Shown here: in pieces, positions 49,141-62,705 of the stretch
How the letters are laid out: every line of letters starts with the position of its first letter
How positions within the stretch are numbered: position 1 is the stretch's first letter
Source of the DNA: Marsupella aquatica
Taxonomy: Eukaryota > Plantae > Marchantiophyta
DNA: 64,000 nt
NCBI GenBank assembly: GCA_973895155.1
Contig: OZ316893.1
Span: forward strand, 26,524,798 to 26,588,797
Reading direction: 5' to 3'
Notes under the pieces: model-generated
The model's database searches: none
What the model saw: the letters and a program-made list of their open reading frames with translations, nothing else
Told to the model about the DNA's origin: nothing
Translations under genes and position numbers: made by a program

Positions 49141-50699
49141 AATGTGCAACAAACTTTAAGGAACTTAAATGGGTGAATGACTGGATGTGTCTGGTCCCTG
49201 AGTGGGTGTTGGTCCGTGACCTCTTTTGGGTCTGACCTTTTATTCTTGGGTTTATTGGGTTTTACTTTTCTTATGAGTAAAGTGTTCCTTTCAAAACAAA
49301 TAAAATTAATGGATGAAAGAGCAATGGGCTTCATGTTCTTTACCTCTATTTGTTTTCAAAAGTTAAGCAAACAATTTAGTTCTAATAAATATCTTTATTC
49401 ATTGTGATAGCCTGGCTGAAACTAGGGTAATAATAAGGGCTGACATAAGGTTAAGTGGTGGGCGTTGTGTTGAAAGTGATGGGAATGGAGTCTACAGTAG
49501 TGGGTACTGGAGTTTTCAGCAACATGCTATGGGCATCCGTAAGCAAAATTTGGAGGCAAAATTAGAGCAATTAATTCTCTGAATAACGTGTGTAACTGAA
49601 TGCTGTACTGTACCAATTACCAAAGTGGCATATTATAATAACTGAATAACAGATGAAATTTGGGGAACCAAGCAAGGCGGGAATTCGGGCAGCCGGGCAG
49701 CTTTAAGACTAAAGTACTGGCGCAGCTGTTCTTAACGCGTGTTCACTTAATGTCGCATCTGCTCCTGCTCTCATCAGTGACTGCTCTTATGGCGAAGGCC
49801 AGTTGGGTACAGTGCGGGCCTTTCTCTCTCCCTGCCCCGAAGCCTTGAGCCCGTTACAGCCCCGGGCAGGCTAACCGCCAGTTTCCGTCGCTCGCCACCG
49901 GAAGAACCGGTTACTTTTCGAAACTTCCTCACGTGGGATTCGAGAGTCAGCGGCCAGGTGGCGGTCAAGGCAATCTTTTTTGTGACGGCGGGATGGCGTC
50001 GAACGGCCCGGCAGTCGTCATCCGTGCCTGCCCGTCGAAATTCGGCTTTGACGGGCTGCAGCAATCCTTTTGGGGGACACTCGATGCAGAACGGTGGCCG
50101 TCCGATCTTATTTCGGACGGTCCGGATTTAGGATTTTCGCCAGAGGGCGTGGAGGTCCTCCCGTACCGAAGGGATAAGGACAGGAGGAGGAATAATTCAG
50201 GACGGCAGGTACGGCAGGGATTTGGTACCGGCGGTCCCAAGACCCCTGCCCTCCTGCCCACGCTGCGCACGAAAACTTTATTGTTTGTTAAGCCCCAAAG
50301 TCAGAAGAAAAATATTTTGGTGATATATCTATATAATAAATTATAGAAAGTTACTGTCAATGCTTACAGCCTAGTAGCTTCACATTCTCTAATAGTCTAG
50401 AGTGAAGCTTTTTAGACATTCACTGTATATTCTCGAGGGACATGATTATCTGACACTGGGGTGCAAGCGGAAACAGTCGATTAGGGGGTAATCACAAGAA
50501 AGATAATTATATATGCCTAACACACCCCCAAACAACAGTTTTTGGATTGATTGACCTCCAAACTTCATTTGTTATCCAATCGACCCCTCTTACAGTTCTT
50601 ACAAGTAGTACTTGTGCGAAACACTACTGGGAATGTTTTACCACCAGTGAACTTAAATTTGCTATGATTTGAACTGTTACTCTCTCTGGAATGTGACTG

Positions 50700-51016
50700 A
50701 AGGTGGGGTGTGAGTGGAAAACAGGATTAGGGGCGAAGCATTGGAAAACATTTGACCATGAACTAGTGAACAGGAACAGGAATGGGCATGTATGTTAACA
50801 GACAATTGGAAAATATATCTTACCTTCACTTTACATTGTCTAACATTGACTCTGGGGGTGTAACTGAAACTGGGGTGCTGGAGTTACTATGACTAGGGGC
50901 AAATCACTAGAAAACATTTGAACATGAGTTGGTGAAGTGAATGGGAAAGAATGTCAAGAGAAAATTGGGGAATCTATTTTACCTTGACTCTACATTCTCT
51001 AACATTAACTTTGGGA
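50700..51016. repeat. Degenerate ~170-bp direct repeat (2 copies)
   Basis: ga-taggggc-aa-ca-t-gaaaacatttga-catga..aattgg..ttacctt-act-tacatt-tctaacatt-act-tggg occurs twice. Confidence 0.6.
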
Positions 51017-51022
51017 CATAAC

Positions 51023-51460
51023 TTCTCACACTGTATAACAAAACATTTATATCCTGCGACTCTTTAGAAATGACTTGGAAAGATATTTCCAACTAGTCTA
51101 ATATTGTTATCTTTTGCTAAGCATAGAGAGAGCAACAAATCCCAAAGGTCATTGTATTGTTTTCTATCACATATCACTCCTCTGTGTGATGTGTATCATT
51201 TGAGGTACATCCCAGTCACAAAGGTACATCCAAGTGTTATGGCAAACATACACATCCATCTGGGTTTTCAATTTCAATCGTTGGCCCACAAGCAAGATAA
51301 ATCTAGTAAAGAATAAAATCATGCTATTATTATTTTATTAATACACATATACGATGATTAAAACATAAGTAAATACCGGGCAGGGTACGGTGATTTGGGA
51401 TACTGTTCTAAAAGACCGTTGATTTATCGCATGGGAGGTTTTTGTTATACAGTGTGAGAA
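51023..51460. mobile_element. MITE-like element with perfect 21-bp TIRs
   Basis: ttctcacactgtataacaaaa ... ttttgttatacagtgtgagaa around an AT-rich non-coding interior. Confidence 0.75.
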
Positions 51461-53645
51461 ACTCATGTTATTCGTTAAGAAACATCATTGATATTCGTCA
51501 GAACCGATGTTTTTTTTTTCGATTGAACGAATGTGGACCGTTGGATGTAGGACCTGACTGTGATGCGTCCTGACATTTTTATTTTTATTGGGGGGGTTTT
51601 AGCTTGCATGGTACGTGAAGGTGACAGAACGGGCTTTTTTTCCCCCGGGCCCTGAAATGATTGTTTTACGGTACAGAAAAGAATGAAAAATCCAAAACGA
51701 GATTCTTGCCTGTCAGAGAAAAAGGAAATTTACCGAACGCATGCAAAACTTACTCTGGTCTCACTCTGAGTGCACTTAACGAGGTTTGCACTATTTTTGT
51801 AGGTGCAAACTATTGGAATTTGCACTTGTTTATAGGACTTATAGTGCCACATGCACTTCAATATTTGTCGTTTGGTGGAGGAGTCTACACTAAAAGTACA
51901 TGTTTGCAAAAAACAGGAAGAGAGGGGCACCTTGCACTTATCCAGATTTTTCAGTACATAGCACGCACTTAGATAGAGAGTACTAGCTATAAAAAGGAAG
52001 GTTTGTGAGCATCGAACAGACTCAATACAAACATCTTAGTTTTATGTAGAATTTTAGACCTCGTGAGGTGATCCAAACTTTCCAGACTTTCACTTGTGCA
52101 TTCAATGGATTCACACACTCAAATTTACATTTATTGAACTACAAGTTCAATCTTCTTGTGTTGCACAGAAGATGTTGCATAAAAGATATCATTGCCCAAA
52201 TGTCTTTAAGTCATTGATGTTATTTAGTAAAAGATATTGTTTTGCACAAGATATTGTTAAGTAAAAGTAGTTATTGTACAAAAGATGTCATTAAATAAAA
52301 TATGTCAATTACAGAAAATATGATGTTGTGCAAAAGATGTCAATGTGTAAAACATGACATTGCACAAATGATGTTTAGTGTAAACAATGTCGTTACACAA
52401 AAGATGACATTATGTAGTTTAAGATGTTTTCATATATGGCCGTCCTCTCATATATGGATCCCTTAACCCTGCCACACTGGCCCATAGTAGTTTGGCTCCC
52501 AAGTTGCTATTTTATTTAAAATACATATTTAGTTTTGCCAAGTATTTTACTCTGGTTTGATGGGAGTACCAAGGGGAGGGGCTAGCACACTCTCCTTGCA
52601 TTGCATAGGACATGAAGAGTACATTGGGGTAGGGGCAAATACAAAAGAAGACAGTGGCCAGGGATTGAACCAATGATTGTACTTGCAAGTAAGTACAAAT
52701 GAGGAGATCAAGGGGATCGAGTGACTTTACTCATGTCTCCCAGTTTATCCTGTCTTTTTGGCAGTGTGATATATACTCTACTTGCAAGTATATTGAGGAA
52801 TATCAAGTGGAGGATCAAGAAGGTTCCCCTTTGCATTTTGCGTGACTTGTTTTTCATTTTCTAGTCTAGTTTTGAATTCCTAATTTTCTTCCACACATTA
52901 AACTACTAAAATTTGTAAGACACCACTCTAATATTTTCTCTTCTAGCTTTGGTTACCTGATTTTCTTTGGCACATAAAACACTAAATTTGTAAGACACCA
53001 CTCTACAAAAGTGGCAGGACCTCTTATTATAGTTTTTGATACTTCAAACAAGTTTTCATATCAAGACTATATTTAGAAACAAGGAGTGACTTTGGTGAAA
53101 AAGTCACAAGTGCCTCCAAGTTCTTGTGATAAAGGCACCCTAATACAAACCCCAAATCAAAATGAAGAGTATGAACATGACCAACCAACTTAGAAGCCAC
53201 TAGAGGCCCCACAACACGATCCTTCACTTTGAATGCATTTGGTCCCCCTTGCATGTACTTAAAAAATCAAAAACACAATCTCTGAAGGCATCCAAAGCTT
53301 GGGGGTCTCCATGCGAGTCTCCACATTTGGTGTCCATTGAGGCTTTTCTTTTGGAGATCTGTTAAGCATGACAATGAACAACCAAAAAGGAAAAGATCCA
53401 TCTACCAAGAACAGGCACTAGTTTATGTCAGCAAAGGCTTGCCACCTTAGAAGACATGCATGCCCCACTTGGAAACTTAGTTAAGACGTTAAATGTGGAT
53501 TAATAGATTATCACTATTGTATGATGAATCTTTATTTCTTACTCTTCCTTATTTTAGGTTTTGGGGGTTTGCATTTGCCCTGTTTTTTGGAGTTTAGTGT
53601 TTTGCCACTCTTGACTCCCAGTACTCAGATTCCCTTGCACATCCA

Positions 53646-53755
53646 TACTTACAAGCATAGTCCAAATCTCATAGTTTTCTACTACCAAAAAACTATGACC
53701 TACTTACAAGCATAGTCCAAATCTCAAAGTTTTCTACTACCAGAAAATTATTACC
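53646..53755. repeat. ~55-bp tandem duplication
   Basis: tacttacaagcatagtccaaatctca-agttttctactacca x2. Confidence 0.85.
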
Positions 53756-54278
53756 GAGGATGCCAATCTACAAAATGAGTCCTGAACCATAGACTTTGTA
53801 TGCAAATTATATATATAATACTAGCTTGAATACCCATGTGGTTGGACAGGATTGGCTCCTTGTACTCATTCTTCCCATGCTAGTTTCGCATAATATATAT
53901 TAAAACCACCTGAGAAATAGTGGCCAATGGTTTCATTTCTACTAGTAGGTCATGAATTGTAGATCAGGTGGTGGATTACAGCATACACTAGAAGTTGGGT
54001 TCAGGGTTTCATTGTCCTACCTAGAGCTGAGGCTGTTGATTTTAGGGCCTTTGGATGGATTCAGCTCAGCAACCCTCCTGTGCGGTTTACTCGAGAGCTA
54101 TACAGGCATTTCAGTTTGCTGCCTAGTAGTAGTTTTGCCTTCCCTTTATTGGGTTGTTTTGCCTTTGGGGCCATGTCTCTGGGTTTAGCATTCCTATTCT
54201 GGCCCTTTGATATATATAATTGGATTTCACATATGAAGAGATCATGAAAATAGAGAAAGAATTTTGATCATTAAGTTA

Positions 54279-54451
54279 TAGTATGGCATCTCAAACCTTG
54301 GAGTTGTGGGGAAAAAATGGTGCCCAGAACTATCAGTTTCAGTCACAAGCAGCAGTGTGCGGACACGGATTTTTGTGTCCGCCACTTTTTCCCAGGAATT
54401 TGTCGCTCACGTGACTTGGGGCAGCAACGCAAAGTTTGAGACGCCCTAGTA
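54279..54451. mobile_element. Small degenerate MITE-like element
   Basis: tagtatggcatctcaaacctt vs aaagtttgagacgccctagta (17/21 inverted match), with TA at the ends. Confidence 0.45.
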
Positions 54452-57212
54452 TGTATATATGCCTGGTTTCAATTTACCAGGTAGATCATAAATGGCACAT
54501 CAGAGCATACACTAGAATTTCACTCTATGGACTAAATCAAGAAAATATAGATTTCTTTAGACCCCGAATATAGACAAATGAATCAATAAAAATTCAAAAT
54601 TTTAAATAAAAGGTGGTCATGGAAGGCGGGACAGAGGGAGCCCCCTCTTTTCGTCCCTGTAGATTCCTAACATTTCGGGGGGGTCGGTTTCAAGTTGGGC
54701 ATCACGGGCTAGAACAACCGGAGCAGATCCGGAGCCCCGGAGGACGCTGACCGCGGGCGGGCGGGCGGGCGTGCAGCAGGTTTCAACGGAGCGGGGCAGC
54801 GTTGCCCGTCAACAGTCAGCCGCTGACAGCAAGGGCCCGGGCAGGCGGGCAGGGCAGAATTCGGTCACACGGGCACGGGCAGGGCAGAATTCGGTCGCTC
54901 GAGCACGCGCGGGCAGGGCAGCGAAAAATGGGTGCCAGAGAGAAAGACAGCGACAGTCACTCTAGACCGCTACAGGGGCGATAGGAGTGACCTGGAATCG
55001 AATATGGGGCCAGCCCGAATCGCAAAAGAATCGCGACGAAGAATCAGAATCGCCCCATTGCGTTGGTTCCCCTTGAGCTGCTGCGCCTCCGCTTCCATTC
55101 GGTCTCTGAAGGCAGGAGGAGCCCTTTGCACGCCGACGACTTCGACTTTGGCTCGGTCGCCGGCTCGTGAGCTGCCTTCTTGCTGGATTCTGATTCGCTT
55201 TATGGATTGGAATGAATGAAGCGCAATTTGTCGAAGCGAGAAAAAATGCAAAGCTCGCTCGAGCGAATCGTAGCGTATGTCAGAAATGGTGAGAGCGATA
55301 CTGTAGAGAAAGAGCAGAGAGTGGAATGGGAGGAATGCTGAAAGCGATACCGTAGAGAAGGAGCGAGAGAGAGAGAGAGGGGTAAGAGGAGGAATCGAGT
55401 GGGTGACGAAATCGAGGGGAGCAGAGCATCAACGAGAAAGAGCGGACAGCCAAAGGCAAACCCGCCAACCGGTTTTGTTTGCATCTGTGATTGGAATCAT
55501 TGTGAAGGTAAACACAACAAAACACGCCATTAGCGTGGTGAGGTGCTTCTCCGTGGATTTGTTAATCGATCACACGGGATCTCGGGTGGATTGGAGCGAG
55601 TTTGTGACGGGGGCTGGTGGTGTGATTGATTCTCAGGGACGACACATTTGAAGAGGAGAGGAAAAGAGAGAATAGAGCAGGCGGTGTCAGCTGAGCAAGG
55701 TGAGAGAAATATACCCGGAGAGGTGGGTTTGGTTTCTGTCAGCAAATGGGCTGTTCAATCTGCCTTTCATTTGAGGATTGACTCGATTGATTGGAGGGAT
55801 GGAGACAATGCACCATAGCTGGGCGATGTTTTGAGAGTTCTTAGAATGGGGAGTTGACCGATTAGAAGCTTCAGAAGAGTAATGGAGGAGTGGAGACGGG
55901 AGGTGTCCGATCTAAGTTTGTCCCGAGGTGGGAAAGCCTGTCGGTGAGGTTTGAAAAGCTCGTTTCGACCCACTTGGTTGACTGTGCTGATTGAATTAGG
56001 ACGGCACCTGCTCCATTGAAGGGAAATAGATACACCAAGCAGAGGACAATGCTCATTGAATAGATTCTGGAGAGAGGTGCAGAAGTCGGGAGCTCGAAAG
56101 GCTTTGGGTGTGGTCTACCTGGTCGTGGTGGTGGGGCTGTGTTTCTGTTATCGGTGGTGTCACCTTCAACCATATAGCTATCATAGCTGGAGCGTTCCTG
56201 TTGGTTGGTTAGCTACTCTGTGTGCTGCAGAAGCATGTAGGAGGGCCTATTCACCCACCTACCTACTCTTTAGAGCTAGCCGCCTGAGAATCCTTGGCTT
56301 CGTCTCCCAGCTTGGCGAGTGGAAATTCACCCACAAACCTCGAAAAATCTCTCAGCCGCCTCTCGCCTGCGTTGGTTTCCCTTTCAAGCATCTTAGATTT
56401 GCCGCTACTGTTCAACAGCGCGAACCAGCTCTAGGCTTCCGGTTCGGGAGCCTCTGACACTCTTGGGCATATCCAGTCCGGAGAGTTTGAACTGGAGTGT
56501 GCATGTCGTCAGTGCTGCAGATCTACTGATCGAGCAAGCTCAATGGATGTTCAAGCAATAATCATGATGAGCCTGGAATGGAGAATGTGATGATGATGCG
56601 AGAGGTGAGTGTTGTGGAGAATGCGCTAGCTGCTATTTTGTGTTGAGAGTGAGTTTCTCATTGAAGGTGAGCAGGTTGCGTCGTGGACGAAAAATGGAGG
56701 AAACAAGTGATGACCAGAGACAAAGTGAGTTGTAATGTTCACGACGAGGGCCTGTCATTATGTCGTGGAAATTTTAGTAGCCAAAGGAGTGTGCTCTCTG
56801 GGAACGATGCCTCCCCTCTGCTCCAGCTTTAACCCCTCTGACTAATTAATGCATAGCAAGTAAGCAACAATAATGCAGTGGAACAATTGGTTACAAACTG
56901 AGATGGTCTAAGCACAGCAGTCTCAGCAAGGTTTCAGTGGAGCGGTGATACTTGGATTATCCCCTTAACAGAGGCGCGCTGGAGGTGATTCTCGCAGTCG
57001 TCCAATGCAGATGGTTCACAGTAAGCTTGAGTCCTGAGCTGGAGATTACAGAGCCTAGATCAGACCCAAGTGGATAAAAATTTAGGGATGACTACGGGCG
57101 GTCAGATAATTCACAGGGGGCGTTCAAAGCAATGCAGGATTAGCACGCTGTGCCGACCTTTAAACATTATCGTCATCCGATAATTGTGTCTGTCGTTGTG
57201 GCGCGGGATGAA

Positions 57213-60200
57213 ATGGCAAGACGGGTTGTAAGGAGAGCGAGACCACCCAGGTATATTTGGCAGAATCCTCCCATGGCTGAGCGACGATCAACTCTCTGGC
57301 TCCTGCAACTGGGTTTTCTGATGACCACTGTGTGGATTAGCGAGGCCAGGACATTGACCTTCCCTGGTCCAGCTGCACCGCTTCTACTTCCGTCAGCGAA
57401 TACTGTTCCAGACGAAGCCGTAGCTTTGCTAGACCTCCGAATCTCGTTGAATTTGACAGTTGACGAGGAATGGCCCGAGCTCTCCGATCCCTGCGCGACT
57501 TGGAAAGGAGTGAGGTGTGAGGAGGGTCATGTGGTAGAAGTCATACTCTCTGGATTGAATGCTGCCACCTTGCCACATCAGGCACGGCCCGAATCATCAT
57601 CCATCGATGCTCTGCAGCAGCTCCCCCTCTTGAGGTCACTCAACGTCTCTGGTTTCAGCCTCTTGGGCCCGTTGCCAGTCTGGCTAGGTGGGCTAGTCTC
57701 CCTCGAAGTCATGGATTTTATGTCTGCCTCCTTGACCGGGTCTATTCCCAGTTCTATTGGACAGCTCTGTAATTTAAAGATACTGCGCCTTTCGAACAAT
57801 AGTTTGACTGGAATCATTCCAGCCACCATAGGAGATTTGAAGAGGCTCACGTTACTTGACCTGTCTAGCAATAAGCTTGAAGGGTGGATCCCTGAAACAC
57901 TTGGCGGCTTGGAGGGCTTGAAAGAGCTAAACCTCTCTGTGAATAGGCTGCAGGGAATGGTTCCTGGCCAGCTCGGTGCGCTGGCTGGTCTCCTGCGGCT
58001 CGGTCTCGGCAGGAACGACCTCGGGGGTCCTATCCCTTTCCAGCTGGGCACCCTGATGCATCTGGACCACCTCGATTTATCATCCAATTCGTTGGTGGGG
58101 AGTATTCCGGCGGATTTGGGCAGACTCGTGCATTTGACAGTCTTGGACTTGTCGGATAATGGAATTACGGGTGCGATTCCGTCGGAGATCGCCAACTGTT
58201 CTCACCTCCGAGTCCTTATCTTGAGCCACAACAGGTTGACTGGGACTCTACCCAAACCGCTCGGACAACTGCGGAACTTGACGACCTTAAATCTTTCCTC
58301 GAACTGTCTTGCGGGGGGGTTATTTGTGGAGCTATCCAGCTTGATTCAATTACAGTCCATGAATCTCTCAAACAATTTGTTTTCGGGGGCAGTGCCAAAT
58401 GCTATCTCATGCTTAGAAAAGCTGGGTGTTCTGGACCTTTCTGGAAATCTTTTTTCAGGAGATTTACAGATGTTACTAAAGACCTTTGAATCGCGGAAGA
58501 GGTTGGTACTCATGACCAGGAATTGCTTTTCATCGCCTTATCCAATTGACCAACGGTCGCCTATGGACTGTGGCAATTTGTACACGGGAACAACATCTTC
58601 CTTTCCCACGAAGAGCATTCAGAGGATGCTGCTGCAGATCACCACCCCCGGTCCCACTAACCCATCTTCGGGTGATCGTAGTAACAACCACCTTGCACCA
58701 ATTCTGGCAGGAGTGTTTGCAGTCGTAGCGCTCATCATCCTCGTGGCAATCGCTGTATTCTACGTTTTGCAGTACGAGAGAAAAGTAGAAACTAAGAGAA
58801 AGGAAAAACGGGCAGCAGATGTGCATAGGAGGTCAGCCGGGAGCAAGGCGGCTAAGAAGGCCTTGAATATCCCCAGCGGAAGGTCTATCAATGTCACCCG
58901 CTTGGGAGAGGAGTTTTCTTATGCACAGCTGCAGATGGCCACCGGGGGTTTCGATCTTTCCAACATGATCATGGCAGGTCATACTGGCGATTTATACAAG
59001 GGTGTCTTGAATGGCAATGCCCATGTCGTGGTGAAGAGAATCGACGTGGGACGGTTCAAAAAGGATGTGTACATATCGGAGCTCGAGTTTTTGGGTCGGG
59101 TTTCTCATTCACGGCTGGTTCCACTTCTGGGCTATTGCTTGGAGAGGGAAGACGAAAAGCTTCTTGTGTATCAGTACATGCCAAATGGTGACTTAGCTTA
59201 CGCACTGCACAAGAAAGAGAGTCCCAGCCGACCAGAGGATGTCTTGCAGTCTCTTGATTGGATCACTCGCCTCAAAATCGCCATTGGGGTTGCCGAAGGC
59301 CTCGTGTATCTGCACCATGAATGTTCACCTCCTCTCGTGCACAGGTATTGTTTTTCTGGGACTCCATCCGATCCTATAGATTACGATGGAGTAAGTGTTT
59401 CTGTACTTGCCAATGATGAGGGAAGTTTTAGTAGACTTATCATTGTATTGGTGGTTACAAATCGCATCTGAACACGGCAATCCTAATTTAAAGCACGGAT
59501 ACGCAGGGATGTCAAAGCTAGCAGCATTTTACTTGATGACAAGTTTGAGGTTCGACTTGGAAGTCTCTCTGACGCCCGTGTCCAGCAAGGGGAGCATCAT
59601 TCTAACATCATTGGACGTTTCCTTCGATTGTCAAGGTATGCTTTCATTTCAAATGCTTGGTCTCTCTTCAGACTTAATTGTTGAGGTTTTCTCTCGAATG
59701 ATTTAATCTATGCGATTCCTTCTCGGTTGGTCTTTGAAGGCAACTATTTAATGGGAATTACTGATCTTCGTTGTTTTGCGGTTGTGATGGCAACACAGGT
59801 CCTCAGACCAGCTTGACGCAGGTGAGTTCTAGTCCAGGATTCAATTTTTTTTCCTTAAAGGATAAGTTAGGATCTAGTCCTAACTTGCTGCTTGACAAGA
59901 GACAGCGTTGGGTGCTTTTAAGATTTTATTTTAAATTTGTCTTATAATTCAGCAAGGTAGATATAATAGTATCTCTCAAGTGTGACGGTGATCCAGTACG
60001 AGGATGACATCCTTCCAAGTGAATTACTGAGACTCAGTGTCAAAGTTCACGAATGAGGGTTCCGAGGTCTTAGCAGTTTGCTTTACTGACTTACAAGGAA
60101 ATATTGTCTGATTGACAGGTCTGCCGCCTGCCTCGTGTTCATACGATGTGTTTTGCTTAGGGAAAGTCCTATTGGAGCTTGTATCTGGAAAGCTAGGAAT

Positions 60201-60723
60201 CAGTGGCTCCATTGACCCAGGTGCAGATGCTTGGCTAGACTGGGCCTTACCTCTGATTGACAACCATGATAGAGAGCCTCTCATGAAGCTGATGGATCCA
60301 TCACTCATTGTGGATGAAGATTTGATGGAAGAAGTGTGGGCCACCGCTATTGTAGCAAAGTCATGCCTCGAGCCCAAAGCTTCTAGGCGTCCAAACATGA
60401 AGCACATCCTCAAGGCACTTGAGAACCCTCAAAAGGTTTTCAGGGATGATCATTCTGGGCCAATGAAGTCTCGCACCTCTTCGTATGGCTCATGGAACTC
60501 TGCCCTATTTGGTGGTTGGCGCCACTTCTCGTCAGACAGTGCAAGGTTTGGATTTCAAGGATCTTTGAGAGAGGAACATTCTTTTGAATTGCCTAGAGGA
60601 CAAACCCTTGGACCTGCAGAAGATCCCCGAAACCCTAGAAAACCAGGATCGAGAGAAATTGTCCCTGTTCCACTTTCTGGACCCAAAACTGGGACACAAG
60701 ATTCTGATGAGACTGAGAGCTAG
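57213..60723 (+). CDS. LRR receptor-like kinase, LRR-XIV (At2g16250-like), 4 exons
   Basis: Exons 57213(or 57273)-59344, 59507-59635, 59799-59821 and 60119-60723. Signal peptide, plant LRRs (LxxLxLSxNxLxGxIP), TM helix, and a kinase with GHTGDLY, HRDVKASSILLDDKFEVRLGSLS and YDVFCLGKVLLELVSGKLG. Confidence 0.92.
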
Positions 60724-62156
60724 AATGTAATGGCTATTCAGTCAGATGGACGTCCCCAGAGATCATCAGCACCGTTCTTCAGGCCGAAAGGGAGAACATC
60801 TACATTTGTGTAGGGCATTCGAAGCCTGGGTAGGGTTCACAGTTCCAGCCCAACTGTGTTGCAACTGATCCTCGCGGACTTTCACGGATGCACTCTCGGA
60901 GCTGGACAGAGAAACTTTCTGTGTGTGCAAGGGCCTGGCCTTAGACTGCTCTGGAGTCACAAGCAGTAAATTCAAGGGCTTGGTCCTCACTCACATTCAT
61001 AGGGACAACATTGTGCTGGCCATTTCCTCGAAGCTGGTGGGTCCAGGACTAAGTTTAATTGATCAATGGTCTACCTCAAAGACTAGGTTGCCATGTATTT
61101 CAAGCCGATCTTGGTGAGTTCTAATTTCATTGCGACTTCACAATTTTTGCGCTGGAGAGGGAAGTCACTGTTGTATGGCATCTCCGCGGAATTCTCTTGC
61201 ATTCAATCAGTTGTGGTGTAAATAATTGAAGCTGCTTGGACAAACTAAATCTGACCGCAAGGAGCCAAGGTCTGTGGACTTGGAAGCAGAGGTTGTCACA
61301 AGCATGAGGTTAACGTCTCTTGTGTAGGTAGCTTATTCTTAGGCGTTTGTGCAACCTCAAGCAAGGAGCACAGGTTCTCTCTTTTGAGGTTCAAATGCCT
61401 GTCAGATAGTTCATTCTGAGGTTCTGATGCAACCCCATGGTAGCAAAAATGTTGTATCATATCGAAAAATTAATTCTCAGAATAAATTGATACTCCAGGA
61501 CATCTTTGGTGTGATTTGTGATTGGGAAAACCACATACTTATTCCATACCTGAATGTCCAGAGCTCTAATGGTGGTAAATTGTTACCTTGTGTGTTATCC
61601 TTACGAATTCAAAAGTGCTCAAAGGCTGTTTCTGATGCCCTGAACATTTTAATGAGCAGTTGCAAGGCTGTAAATAACATCTTAGATCTGATTCTCTGCC
61701 CTTAGGTGGAAGACAGGTTACATGAGAATGATGTGGACGCATTCCATCAATGTTGACTGGATTAAAGTGGAATACAAATGTGTCTTGGACAACTTCCATC
61801 TAATCAGTGGCTGTCCAGCATGTATGCTCACTGGTACAACGATTCGTCGTGGTGTTGTGGTCACTTTGATGCTTAGGCAATACACTGTGGCCATCTTCAA
61901 TCCCCATAATCTGCCCAAGGATTTATCTTTTCATCTCCTCAATACTAATCTGAGGAGTCCTTTCTCTTCCCTTCGAAAGGGCTCCGTGAGATATTTTCAG
62001 AGTCGAAACCTGTGACCAAGCAAATCGCTGACATAAACATTGCCGTTCCAATCTGCATAAGGATGTCCAATTAGCATGATTGTAGTATGGAATCGTCGCT
62101 GAATGTCTGGACTCGACTCAGGAGTAACCATCACCATTAGGGTCCTCATAACTGCA

Positions 62157-62705
62157 CATCAAAATATGGCATATGCAATGTATGATATTGCTCCATACCA
62201 TGATAAACGTTTTCTTTAAATCAGTGACATCAAAATATGGCATATACCATCTATGATATTGCTCCATACCATGATACACGTCATTACCATGATACACGTC
62301 ATTATTTTCTTTGAAGTGCGCACCATTTTGATGTGTGATGTCATATCAAAATATGGCATATGCAATGTATAATATTGCTCCATACCATGATAAAAGTCTT
62401 TATTTTCCTTAAATCAGTGACATCAAAATATGACATGTATCAAAATATGGCATATTCAATGTATGAAATTGCTCCATACCATGATACATAACACATCATT
62501 ATTTTCTTTTAAATCAATGAGTGGGTACAGTATATTATCACATTTTGATGTTTGATTACTGGGCACCATTAGTAATATGGCATATACAATGTATGAAATT
62601 GCTCCATACCATGATACATAACACATCATTATTTTCTTCTAAAATCAATGAGTGGGCACAGTATATTATCACATTTTGATGTGAGATGACTGGGCACCAT
62701 TAGTA
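62157..62705. repeat. Complex tandem repeat array
   Basis: Core aaaatatggcata-caatgtatga-attgctccataccatgata occurs five times with variable linkers. Confidence 0.85.

Noticed and set aside
57578-58195. 205-aa antisense ORF
   Set aside because: It is a shadow of the LRR-coding strand.
62157-62705. CRISPR-like array
   Set aside because: The linkers are themselves repeated and variable in length; this is an ordinary tandem repeat.
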